Shown here piece after piece: positions 1 through 12,500 of a stretch of DNA of 64,000 nucleotides (the first letter of the stretch is position 1; each line of letters starts with the position of its first letter). Below the pieces are notes generated by a model, which ran no database searches, was not told where the DNA came from, and saw nothing but the letters and a program-made list of their open reading frames with translations. The DNA is from Eledone cirrhosa. Lineage: Eukaryota. The DNA is taken from NCBI GenBank assembly GCA_964016885.1, contig OZ024744.1, positions 40,052,001 through 40,116,000 of the forward strand. The letters run 5' to 3'. The position numbers were made by a program, and so were the translations under genes.

Positions 1-100
1 TGTTTCAATCTCCTGTGTATTTCAGAAGAAAATTGTATTTTAGAAACTAACCAATCACTAAAATTATTCTTGTTTTCTTATATTCAATTATTAGTTCAAG

Positions 101-265
<165 letters not shown>

Positions 266-962
266 ATCCGAACAGCAATGTTACATGGTAGTGAGACTTG
301 GGCGCTGACTTACATAGATTAAAAAGAAACGAAGCCTGCATGCTCCGATGGATATGTAATAGTAATATACGCGAACGGCAAAGCATAAATGAATTGAGAG
401 AGAGACTGAGAATAAGAGGAATCAAATGCTGTGTGCAGGAGAGGCGGTTGTGTTGGTATGGACATGTGATGCGTATGAAGGATGACAGCTGCATAAAAAG
501 GTGCAGAGCACTAGAAGTCAATGGAAACCGCGGAGTGGGGAGACCCAAGAAGACCTGGGATGAGGTGATAAAAGCCGACCTTACCCAATTACACCTCTCA
601 AAGGCGATGACACACGATCGTGACCTCTGAGTATCCGACCTCCCATAGGTACAAGCTGAAGAATATAGACAATATGCCCCCACACCCTCCCACTGCAAAG
701 TGGTCGTGGAGGTGCCACGGCAAAAAGCACCCAGCCCACACTGTGAAGTGGACGTGTAGGTGCCACGGTAAAAAAGCACCCAGCCCACACTGTAAATGAG
801 GTTGGTGTTAGGAAGGGCATCCAGCTGTAGAAATCAAGCCAGAATCAGTTCCTGTATGAGTAAGGCATGGTCAGCCAACCAGACAACAGGACAACCCGTC
901 TAACCCATGCTAGCATGGAAGAACGGACGTAAAACGGTGATGATGATGATGATGATGATGAT
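266..962 (+). mobile_element. 3' fragment of an RTE-clade LINE followed by SINE-type subrepeats and an (ATG)n tail
   Basis: ORF 298-630 (MLRWICN...[12 protein letters not shown]...[15 protein letters not shown]) is a typical RTE ORF2 C-terminus. It is near-identical to the minus-strand element at ~33.8-34.4 kb and ends ccatgctagcatgg...cggacgtaaaacggtgatgatg. Confidence 0.85.
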
Positions 963-1812
963 ATGCATATATATATATATATATATAAATAAGCAGAGTC
1001 AGCATGACACTGTGTGTGACAAGGCTGGACCATTGAATTACAGCTACAGTCCACCTGATAGGCTTCTACACAGTTTCCAACTACCCATTTTCACTTACAA
1101 AGCTTGAGTCGACCCAGTACACTCTGTAAAGTGGTAGTGGTGGTGTCATGATAAAATACAACCAGTGCACTCTGTAAAGATGTTAGTGCTAGGAAGAACA
1201 TTCAGCCATAGAAACCAAGCTGAAAAGGAAACATACAAGCAAAACATAATCCATTAACTCATCTGAAGGTCAGTAACTCTGAAATAGAACAGACACAGAC
1301 TTTGATAACCTATCCAACTTATGCCAACGTAGAAAGTAAATGTAAAATGATGATGGTGGTAGTAGTGGCAGTGTTTGTAGCGGTGGTGGTAGTAGTTATG
1401 GTGGTGGTTGTATATGATGCTGCTGATAATAGAAAGCAAATAATTAGGTTGTTTGCACATGCACAAACATGCATACACACATACATACACACATGCATAC
1501 ATATGAATATTTGCATACATGCATGCACAGATCATCAACAGTGGTCTATCATTCCTGTTTCCATAATTACATGTGTTGCATGAGTCTGGCATACAAGCAT
1601 AGGTTATTGTCGACCTTCTTGATATTTTGTCTCTCCATTCTCTGTAATATAAGTTCTGAGATATTTTCTTCTGTATTCCCCTCTTCATGTGTATTCCTAA
1701 CTGATTAACACTCTTTCAATGAATACGACCCTACTTGATCACCTAACCTGTTAGAAGTAAGAGATAAATATCCATTTCTAAAAAGAAACAAAAAGATAAA
1801 TAACGTACACAT

Positions 1813-2184
1813 TGGAGGCACATGGCTTAGTGGTTAGAGCATTGACCTAGCAATCAAAAGGTTGTGAGTTCAATTCTCAGACCGGGTGGTGTGTTGTTTC
1901 CTTGAGCAAGATACTTTATTTCACATTGTTCCAGTTTACTCAGCTGGGGTCCCTATCATTCCACTGTAAAGTGGTCGTAGAGGTGCCACGGCAAAAAAGC
2001 ACCCAGCCCACACTGTAAAGTGGACGTGTAGGCGCCACGGAAAAAAAGCACCCAGCACTCACTATAAATGAGGTTAGTGTTAGGAAGGGCATCCAGCTGT
2101 AGAAATCAAGCCAGAATCAGTTCCCGTCCCACCCTTGCAAGCAGGGAAAAGCGGACGTAAAATGATGATGATGATGATGATGAT
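1813..2184 (+). mobile_element. tRNA-derived SINE with an RTE-derived 3' tail
   Basis: A-box-like tggcttagtgg and B-box-like gagttcaattc, central cttgagcaagatactttatttcacattg domain, and ~43-bp subrepeats. The tail cccgtcccacccttgcaagcagggaaaagcggacgtaaa(atg)n is shared with the LINE ending at 32987. Confidence 0.8.
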
Positions 2185-2269
2185 TGGATCATGTAATTTG
2201 GTAAACAAAAAGATGGAATGGTCATGGCTGGAATACCTTTGATCATAGATTTACTCCAACACTTTCTTG

Positions 2270-3140
2270 CATAAAACCAAACTTCATCTCATTTAATTTG
2301 ACTCTTTCCCTAATTAGTTGTGCTGAAACTCTTTCTATCACTTTCATAGCTTGGTCCATCAGTTTCATGCCGTTGTAGTTGCTCCTTTCTGATGCATCAT
2401 CTTTTCCTTTGTAAGATTTTATGAATATACTATTATGCCAGTTATTGGGTATGGCCCCATCATGTGTTACCTGTTTGATTATGCGGGTGACTGGTTCAAC
2501 TCATACTTCTTCTGGAAGATTTCAGCATCTTAATGACTGTCTCTGTCAATTTTGACAGCTGGTCTCTCTGTTGGGTCAGCTGGGGATAGTTTCTCTTTAT
2601 CCCACTTATTCTCAACATCAGCTAACTTCTCTCCAAATAGCATCTCCAGCCCTCTTTCTTTTGAATGTCAGTGATACTAAGTGCACCACTGCCATTTGTA
2701 ACAAACTTTGCCCCAACAATATACTGGTTTTCATGGACATGTTGCTTAGTGATGCAGAACACTCAACATCTCTGATTCCCATTGGTAAACCTCCTGCTTT
2801 CAACTTAATTGCAAGCAGAGTGGCAACCCTGAAATGAGTTACCTGACAGTAGTGGCTAGGTCATCTTATGGTTGTATGTTTCTGTACCTGAAAGGGAAGG
2901 TGGTTGTGTAATTGCTTGATGATGATCAAAGGGTTCTAGTACATGACTTGGTTAGCCACCCCACTAGTGTGCTCAGTACTAACATGTCTAGTGTTAGTCC
3001 TATATATGCAATTAGTATGAAGCTTGAATCCTGTGCTGGTCGTAGGTTTTAGCAGGGTTTTACTAGCTGGATGCCCATCCTATCTCCAACCACTTTACAA
3101 TATGAACTGGGTGTATTTCATAGTGCTACCAGCACTAGAC
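2270..3140 (-). mobile_element. Heavily deleted RTE LINE (5' region, endonuclease start and RT fragments)
   Basis: The minus strand encodes HFRVATL (EN start) and remnants of IVFIKSYKGKGKDD.SERSNY and KLMDQAMKVIE, matching the 29.7-33.0 kb family. Confidence 0.7.
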
Positions 3141-3454
3141 AGGTTCACTAACCAGACTGAAGAGTCTTCTCTACTCAGTCTTATTTATTCAGACTGCCTA
3201 TTCTTATAACAGTATATATAGAAACTTTCAGGAACTTTTTCATGTCTCAATGACCTGTTCAATTGCTGCCATATAACACCCACCCACAGCTTTCAATCAC
3301 AAGTCACCACATTAGTGGCAAGCAAGATATGGTTCTAAAATTATCTACTACATTGCCTTTAGCAGGATCCTTCTGTCATAACACAGTCCTATATGTTGTC
3401 ATCCATTATAGATATCTCTGCTTGTTTGTTTAACATGTCATTCATTTGAGCTGT

Positions 3455-3790
3455 GGCCGAGGTTTACTTTGCCATTCATCCTTATGGGGTTGATAAAATA
3501 AAGTACCAGTAATACACTGAGATAATTGCTGGCCTTGTGCCAAAAGTAGAAGCAATTATTATTATTATGGATTGGTAGTATTAGTAGAGTACCAGACAAC
3601 ATGCTTTGTGGCACAGAATTATGTCCCTTTACGTTCTGATTTCAAAACCTTTCGAGGTTAGCTTTGCCTTTCATCATTATAGAGTCGATAAAATAAAAAA
3701 AATACCAGTAATACACTGGGTCAATTTAATTTAATCCCCTTCAAATTGCTGGCCTTGTGCCTAAAGTAGAAACAATTATTATTATCATTA
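3455..3790 (+). mobile_element. Two tandem SINE copies (Deu/Nin-domain-like core, ATT tail)
   Basis: Repeated tttgcctttcatc...gtcgataaaataaagtaccagt...ttgctggccttgtgcc.aaagtagaa.caattatt. Further copies lie on the minus strand at ~14580-14690, 16100-16200, 37005-37230 and 55030-55110. Confidence 0.7.
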
Positions 3791-5575
3791 GTTTTGTTTT
3801 TATTGTGTTGTCACTGCATTACTGAGCATTGCTCTGTACACCTTAGGCACATGTAGTGTTGTTGCTTCTATTGTATCGAAAGTACTCTTTGTAATATATG
3901 TGCAGTGCCATGTTGTATTATTTTCTGTATCCTGTATATATCTGTGAGTCCTGTGGTTTTGGTTATGTATCTGTCTGTGTGTTTTTTATTATTCCCAAAG
4001 TATCTATTATTATAGGGATTGTTTTTATTTTCATCATTCATATTCAGGTTATTTCTATCTCTAGATCTTTACATTTGGATAGCTTATCCATTTCCTTGGT
4101 ACATATACTGTCCCAAGCTAATCTGTCATATCTATCGACTTTTTCCCCTTCTTTATCACATACCTTGTTATCAGCTGGACAAGCTATATCTATGATTCAA
4201 CACTGTTTGCTTTCTTTTTCAACTAATGCAATATCTGGTCTCCTATGCTCTGTCTCATGGTCACACTGTATCTCAAAGTCCTACAGGATCTTTGCATTAT
4301 CATTTTCTATAACACTCTCGCTTTTCTGTTCTGTCAAGTGCATATTTGCCACAAAGTGCTCAATGGACTATCCTTGCTATGTTATCATGATGTCTCTTAT
4401 ATTCTTTCATAGCTAATGGTGTATATATTGACTGGTCATATACCATACAGTTTCTCCATTCATGCCAAAAATACTACAGTTATCACTTTCTGCTGTGTGG
4501 TCTACTCTATGTTTGACATAGTTGGTTCTTCGTGGTTTTTCTTGAACAGCACAGATTAAGGCTTCTGTTTCCAATTTTAAATCACTCTTAGCCATCCATA
4601 ACTACCCTTTCTCTCTGTCTGTCCATACATTCTTTTTTTTTTTATTAACCTATGTTCAGTTTCATTCATCTTCAAATGCTTGTACTATGTTTTATATTTG
4701 CAATCTTCAATTTTGTACAACCCCGACCTTACTTCTGGTAATAGTGGTTCTGAGGCAGTTTTTATGTACCAAGCCATGTTATTTTCTTCTGTTCTAATGC
4801 TGTCTTTGCACATAATCAGTCCTTTTCCTCATTTTTTTCTTGGTACATACAATCTGCTTGTATCACTCTTCAGATGAAATACCTCATATCTTGTTAATAT
4901 CTTTCTTGTCCTTTGATCTAAGCTGTTTAGCTCTTCTACTGTCCACATGATCACTTATGCTCCTTATCTAAGGTTATCACCCATGTGTTAATAGCTTCAA
5001 TCTTATTCTATCCATTCAGTTTCAACTTAAGGACAAGTCTGTGCAAGTATTTCATCTTAAACTTCTCTTTCATTTCCTCCTCCATTACTTTGTCCATTTC
5101 CAATTCCCTCAAGTACATATACCCCTCCTCTTCTATTTGCTTCATAACCTTCTCTGGTGATGACTTCCTTTATTTCCCTAACTGCTATGGCTAGTGCTGT
5201 TTGTTGTGGGAAAATTGTTGTTTGTTTCAGTTCTTGTAACCATTCAGTGCCCTTCTTGTGCTCCTCCTCTTTACTCCAAATGTCTCTCCAAGACTTTCAT
5301 TGTTATCTGGTATCATCACTTCATCTGTACACTCGTCATTTATTTCACAGTAAAATCTCTTTTGGTTTTCTCTGAATAACCTATTTTGCTGGTATTGCTT
5401 TATTCTTTGGTCATATCTTGTTATCTTTGCTTTCTTTACTATAAGACGTTGCTTGAATTCATCCATTACTACTTTTAAGCCTTTACTTTCAATGCCATAC
5501 TTTTTTTTCAGTGCTCTGTATTTTTGTTCATTTCTAAGCTTTCCCTTCTTTTTATGGTTGGAGACAGAAATGCCC
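3790..5575 (-). mobile_element. Degenerate R4/Dong-like non-LTR retrotransposon (RLE type) with internal deletions
   Basis: Minus-strand ORFs LKLETEALICAVQE...TNYVKHRVDHTAESDNC and KQRL..KKAKITRYDQRIKQYQQNRLFRENQKRFY. The 3' end runs into (TAA)n. Confidence 0.75.
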
Positions 5576-6523
5576 TTCAGTAACATATCTTTACTGACCT
5601 TTGGGCAGTATGATTGATGAAAACTCCACCTTGGTGTTCTATAGAGGGTTAGTGGCCAATCATAACAACAACGTTCTTAGGGAGAATCTGAGTGTTGATG
5701 AAAATCAACACACCACTTTTTTCCAGGGAACTTTCAGTCCAGGGCTCATGGACAACTTCCAGAAATCTCTGACCTGGCAGGACTAATGTGGAGAATTGCC
5801 ATCTTCAGATAAACTCTACAGATATGAAAGTGCCATCAGATGGGCCTGTTTGAAATGTGCGCAAAGCAACAAAACCATCCTTCATCCAGTGCCCCAGTAT
5901 TGCTGACTTGTGGGTTTATATCGAACACATCCTGGATGTGTGGGATGGATTTGGTTATCAGCTGAGTTCATCTTGAAGATCAGTGTGCCATTTTTCTTTA
6001 GCTGGGAAGGACAGGCTGTTTTTATCTGTCTGGTGGTTATGGCAAAAGAGATTGTATGGTGAACACATTTGAAAGGGTTGAAGACAAGCACTTTCCTCTT
6101 TGGCAAAGTCCTGATTAAATTTTTTAGGTTTTACTTGAAGAGAAAAATCAGGGTGGAGAGGGAAGTGTTGCCTTCCAACCAGTTTGTTAAAAAGTGAGTG
6201 AGAGAGGTAAGCAAGGCACAAGTCAATGGGTTTGCTTGGAGTGTTCACTTGTAGATTAGAGGAGAACAACTGGTAGGGGGTACTTGCCCTAGCATGGCAG
6301 TTTTTGTGGGCTTTCTCCATGAGTGACCCTCAGACGTTGCCCTTCAATTGGGAAATTTTATTTTATTTTAATCTTTTTTTTGGCTGTCTTGCTTTCTTTT
6401 ATCAACCTTTTACACAGAAAAACACACATTGTTCCATCTTGTGCTGTACTGTGCTGTTTTCAATGTTTTACTTAATGTCAGCCCTGTGGGGATAATAAAG
6501 AAACCAGTATTATTATTATTATT
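5560..6523 (+). mobile_element. L1/Tx1-clade LINE, 5'-truncated 3' fragment (subfamily A, ATT tail)
   Basis: PGLMDNFQKSLTWQ motif shared with the other Tx1 copies. It ends aataaagaaaccagt(att)n. Confidence 0.85.
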
Positions 6524-6649
6524 GTGTTTTTCGTCTTCCCTCAGTTTTGCTCCATTTCTTGCTGAATGTCTTCCTGACACCTAAGGCAGAGAAACTCACT
6601 GCATACATTGATAAGCCGCAAAATAAACTCACCAAATTGTTCACGCCGC

Positions 6650-8060
6650 TCACTTTACACAGTTACAAGTATATCATTTGTTTTTATATTTGGGGAGGGT
6701 TATGTTGTCCTAATATTACCAGAAAAATATAGCAAAACACACTCACTGTTTGGTTTGATTTTCACTTCAGTATATTTTTATATATTTCAATATTCAACAT
6801 TGATTGACCAACAGTTAAAAATATAAATATAGTTTCTCAAAGTTCTTTTGTTACACATATCTGTGACATCTTTCCTGTTGTGTTCCTATAATGTTTTTTT
6901 ATTTTATTTATTTAATTATTTTTTGTTGTTGTCTCTGTTTGCACATGTATTTGTGTGCATGTATTTTGTTTGGTGTGTGCTCGTATGTTCATATCTGTGT
7001 CTGTGTGTGTTTATGTGTTTATATTCTACTTTTTGTCATTAGTATGTGTGTGGGTTTGTTATTGTATCTGTGTATATTTATATTCTATCTTAGATTACTA
7101 TTGTGTGTTTGTGTATGGCTGTTGTTGTTATTCCATTCATGATTTCCGTTCAGCCTAGGTTTTATTAATTCTATTTCAGTTGCTTCCCTAATTTGTCTAC
7201 CTGTTGAGTCATTTCTATGTTTAGATATTATTTCAATTTCTATGTTGTCTATTTTAGAATCATGTCTTAGTCTGGCATGTTCATATAGTACTGAATTGTC
7301 TTTTTGTCCTTTTAGTTCACTCCAGTGTTTATCTATTCCCTCTCTTATGCTATGGGCTGTCTCTCCTATGTATGTCGTTGTCATGTTTCTGCAAGTACCC
7401 TCTGTACATATTTCTAGTTTTACAATTTATTTGTTGACTTACTCTACATATTACACATTTCTTATTTGAGCAGCAGGTTTTCTTAAAGGGGCACATTTTA
7501 CTGATCAGGGATTTGATGGTAGTTCCTGGCTTTTCTACCACTTTAATATTTAAATAGGATTTTCGTAGGCCCTTTCTAAATTGTTGAGATAGTTCACCCC
7601 CAGGGTTTGCATCCATGAACATGACACTCTGGTATCTCTGGTTGTCATACCATGAGTTGGCTTTCCCTATCTTTCGCCTAGTCCTATCTATGCTATTCCA
7701 TGATTTACTCCTGTATAATGGGCAAATCCCTTTCATGTCCATCTCTATGAGGGTCTTATATTTCTCCGTGGCTCCTTTGTACACCCTGATTCTGTCTCTT
7801 TGGTTGTAGCCAGAGAACTGCATGCAATAGATGAAGTGTTGTACGTGTCTTTTCAGTTCAGTTAGATCACACATGCTGGACACATTCTTCATCACTCTTA
7901 CCAAGTTTGTGATCAGGATATTAAACTTAGCACTATTGGACATTGCTGAGTTTTTGTGTATAAGGTATTTGGAGGCCATGGGTTTAGCATAATGTGACTG
8001 GAGGATTTGGGCTTTCTTTTTTATAGTATGTAACATGTGCACATTTCTCTGATTCAAATC
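6650..8060 (-). mobile_element. Penelope-like element (RT C-terminus plus GIY-YIG endonuclease), frameshifted
   Basis: ORF 7350-8057 (HYAKPMASKYLIHKNSAMS...VVEKPG...CCSNKKCVIC...CKTRN) and ORF 7085-7384 (TYIGETAHSIRE...H...RQIREATEIELIKPRLN), the latter with GIY-YIG motifs. Confidence 0.85.
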
Positions 8061-8399
8061 ATATTTACATCAGAATGATATTCAACCATATTAGAGTGCT
8101 CAATTATTTACAACTTACATAATTATGGACTATAATCTAATAAAGTTAAGTAAAAGAAATTATATAGTCATTATCTTTTTCACGCCGTATGAGTTAAAAT
8201 AATAAATGTAAGCCAGGGATCATTGGCAAATAATTTTCTGTACATTTAAAAAAATCATTCTCAGTGCTCCTACAATCACTGGAATTGTAACCACCTTGAG
8301 ATGCCACATTTTTTTTATTTCAATCTGCAAGTCTTTATATTTTCTGTGCTTGTCAAATTATGTTGCCACAATATTGTCATCACCTGGGATGCTCATATT

Positions 8400-9521
8400 A
8401 ATCAATGGAGGGCTGCACATGACATGGTTGATGATGCACAGACATGCATACAGGCTACGGCATCTTCATCTCTTCCTTAACAGTGAACAGGTGTGGTCGC
8501 CGTTTGCTAGATGTGGTTTTCCCCAGCTCGTCTCCTTGATGGAGCTGCAGTCCTGGGTCAAGCAAAGACCAAGAGGAAGTGCTTGGAGACTGGAATGTCT
8601 TCAGGCGCTTACAACCCTTGACCAATTGGGCGATGCAATAGAGGGTTAATGGAGGGAAAGAGCGATGACATCCTTGGGGAGACTCTAGGCATCGCCGAAA
8701 ATCAATTAGCCAATCTCATTGGGAGAACTTTCAGGCCGGGACCCATGGACAACTTCCAGAAATCCCTGGCCTAGCAGTGCTACCGGGGAGCTTTGCTAGT
8801 TCAGGATAAACTCTACTGGCATGGAAGTGCCATCAGCCGGACTTGTCTGAGATGTGTGCAGGGTAATGAAATTGTCCTGCACGCACTCATCCAGTGTCCG
8901 AGCATTGTGGGCTTGTAGGTTTATGTCGAACACTTGTTGTCACATGTAGGACGGATCTGGCTATTGGCTGAGTCCATCGTGAGGATATCTCCGCCACCTT
9001 CTTCTAGCCAGGAAGGGCAGGCAGTTTTTATCTGCCTGACAACCATGGCAAAAGAGGTCGTGTGGTGGATGCATTTGAAGGGCTTAATATGAGCACTTAC
9101 CTCTTTGACGATGCCCTGATTAACTTTTTTCAATTTCATTTGAAAAAGGAAATCAGGGTGGAGAGGGAAGTGTTATCTTCCCAGCAATTTGTTGAAAGAT
9201 GGGTGAGAGAGGTGAGTATGGCCTGAGTGAATGGGCATGCTCTGACTATGCGCCTGTAAATTGGAGGTAAAAACTTGGAGAGGGCACTTTCCCTGGTGGT
9301 CAGGGTTACCAAGGCTTTTTGTGGGCTTTCTCCATGAGTGATCCTCGAAATTCTCCCTCCTATTAGGGAATTTTCTTTTGTTTCATTTTGTTACTTCCTT
9401 TGTTATTGATTTTTTCTTTACACCCAAAAAGGCCCATTTGTACGGTTCTGTACTGTCCTTTATGTTATACTTTATGTCAACCCTTATGATTAATAAAGAA
9501 AGCATTATTATAATTATTATT
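8400..9521 (+). mobile_element. L1/Tx1-clade LINE 3' fragment (subfamily A)
   Basis: GGLHMTWLMMHRHAYRLRHL and PMDNFQKSLA motifs, a zf-RVT-like C..C...H...C, and the end aataaagaaagc(att)n. Confidence 0.88.
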
Positions 9522-12500
9522 GGTCTAATCGGACGTCTTTTGCTCGCTCACAGTAAGTCGCGTTATTTGCCTGTTAAAATTATTTGTTGTTAAATATTTC
9601 TTGTTGTGTAAGGGATATAAGCCTTAGACTTTGCCCTGTGAAGGGGAAAGTATAATATTTGGGCCTTTTGGCCCAAATATTTGAACATTTTACGTTTAAA
9701 AAAAAATTTATTTAAAAAAAAACATGGCTGAGCCATGCCTCCCAGCAATATGTTTGCTGTCGTCTGACAACGGCGTAAAAGTTGAGAGCAGGGTTACAAA
9801 AATTGATACAACAGACACCACCACAAACAACGTGAACAAAGACAACAACACTGAAAACACTAATTTAAAAAAAATTACCACACCAACTACAACAATAACA
9901 GCGTCAACTAAAATACAGACAACAGAAAAAAATGACAACAAATGGAACAACGATATTAACACCATTAACAAGAAAATAAACAACGACAACACCAACAGCA
10001 ACAATACAAATTACACCGAAAACAATAACAACGGTGGCACCAAAAACACAACCAACTACAACAGTGATAACAGCAACAACAGCAACAACACCAACAACAC
10101 CGTTTGTAGCAGTACCAACAGCAACAGCACCAACAACAAGACCAGTAGCAGCAGTAGTGGCAGCAATAATGGTGCCACTGAAAAAAGGGCCACTTCTTTC
10201 ACAGGTGTGGCCTGAAATATAGAGACAGTGCTAGTCACGGGGGAGGAGATGGCAGTCGCAAGAGCCATGGTGTCAAGATATGACAATAGAGTTTCCCTGA
10301 AACCTCCACTCGATTTCTCCAAAGACCAGCAGCTGCACATGGTGATTTACCGCACCGTAAGCAAAATGTTACATTGGGTGGAGAGAGCCACGGAGGCTCA
10401 AATCCAAAAGGCCTTCGGGTGCGTCTGGGCATGCAAAACCCACATCACCCGAGGCAAAAAGTACGCCACAGTAGATGTACTTTTCGCCACCCACCAAAAG
10501 GGGAAGTCTCACTCTTTGGAAACCCTAAAGAGTGAGGAGAGAGTCTTGGTGCCCTCCTACTGCGGGCAGAAAATTGTGAGGGTCAAAAGGACCCAGGTCC
10601 CGCCCGACGTGCCCATACCTTGGCTGGCCACGTCTGTACTTGCTGGAATCGAGGAGAAGACCACCATACTGCAAATACAGAGAATGGGAAGAGAGATGCA
10701 AATGCTAATACAGACTGACCAGGAGTGCATCGAGGCCATCCCAGACACCATAGACCTCGAAGAAGGGCTCCAACTCCCTATAAGCGTGGAAGGAAGGCAC
10801 CCAAAGTGCTATCTCTGTGGGCAGAAGGGTCACTTTAGGGCCTTCTGCCCGCAGAAGAGAAGCAAGAAGAGGGCTCCCATCCTTCCGACGCCTGATCTGC
10901 TGCTACCAAGAGCAGGGCAGGCAACAGAGGCAGAAGACCCTTCCATGGTGAGTAGGAGGGCAACGTCCGTGGCACCCATTCCAAGGCCACGGACTACTAA
11001 AGCAGCGGCAGCTGTGGCGGCAACACCAACAGTCACAGTAGCTACACCGGCGACAAAATCGCCAGAGTGAGCTCCACTACCACCACCAACAGCAGTGGAG
11101 CTCATACCCCTCCCGGACGCCGCGGGTCCGACATGGAGTGTAAGGTGGGAGGGAAGTGGCAAACGGTCTGCCACAAAAAACGAAAAACAAAACCCTCCTT
11201 AGCTTCACCCTCTAAAAGTGAAGGCAGATAAAGAGCGGTAAAGGCTGCAAGGAGACTTGCAGCAAGACAACCACCACCATCACCATCACCACCACAAGCA
11301 TCACCACCAACAACAACCACACCACACCACCATCACCACCAACAACAACCACACCACACCACCATCACTAAAAACACCAACATCGCAAACATAACAAAAC
11401 ACACACACCCAACAGCAACAACAAGAAAACAGCAACAAAATCGCCCCTCCCCACCAAAAATACACAGCCACAAACATGGCAAATAAAGAACTCTTACAAT
11501 ATATAAAGCAGCACACAGACATCACAGAAAAAAAACTACTACACCCCACCAACACCAAGAACTCTCCCGTCAAACATAAACATCATTGAAATCAAAATAG
11601 AACAGTACAAACTTTTAAAACAAAAATTCCCCAACGCAGTTGGAGACTTCAGAGGGTTAGTTACCAAGAGGATATACACTGACATCCTCTTGGAAACACC
11701 CATGACCAGCCAAAGGGACGGTTCTACTGTTCCTTCACCACACAATCAAGGTAAGTGATCCTTTCTCACTTACCCCATTTCACATCCAACATGACCATAG
11801 TTAGAATAGGCAGTATAAATGTACGTGGCCTGGGGTAATCTTGGAAGCAGGGTCACCTGCTCAACGACCTTAAGTCACTAAACATAGATGTGGTGGCCAT
11901 CAGTGAGACCAGAATCTCCAAAGCACGAGCCTTCACACCGATCTTCGGCGGTTACAATGTATACGCATCTCCCAGCCATACAGGATCAGGGGGAGGGTTG
12001 CTGTGCTTTTTCAGAGAGGCTTGGATCTCGCCATATGGGCCATCTTTCTGGCCCCAGATGTATGTCGGTAGTGCTGGACGTGACCAGCAGCGAAGGCAAT
12101 GCTTTCAGGTTAGTAGCCGTCTACGCCCCTACAGGGGCAGGACGGCCAGATTTCTTCAGACGTCTAGAGAGCTTTCTTGGAACGTCCCACTCTTTAGTGT
12201 TAGTGGGCGACTGGAACGGTATCTTAGATGCACGCTGGGATTATATGGGGCTAGTAGATAGGGGAGGGTGGTGTAAAAGCCTCAACAACCTGCTCAGACG
12301 TTTTGAACTGTCTGACAGGTATAGACTGGATTATCTGAATGTGCCAATGTGGACATGGGCAAACCGCATCGGGTCATCCAGATCGTATTTAGATAGGGTA
12401 TTCTGTAGGGAAACAGATAAGGCTAGTGTAGGTTGTCCACAATTTAAAGTAGTTGACTACACGGACCACAAATTTGTGATCTGTGAAGTTGACTTAGATA

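Noticed and set aside
690-800. ~43-bp direct repeats that superficially resemble a CRISPR array
   Set aside because: They are contiguous subrepeats of a SINE with no unique spacers and no cas genes, in a eukaryotic context.
1813-1885. tRNA gene
   Set aside because: A/B boxes are present but there is no complete cloverleaf, and it continues into a SINE body seen elsewhere in the window.
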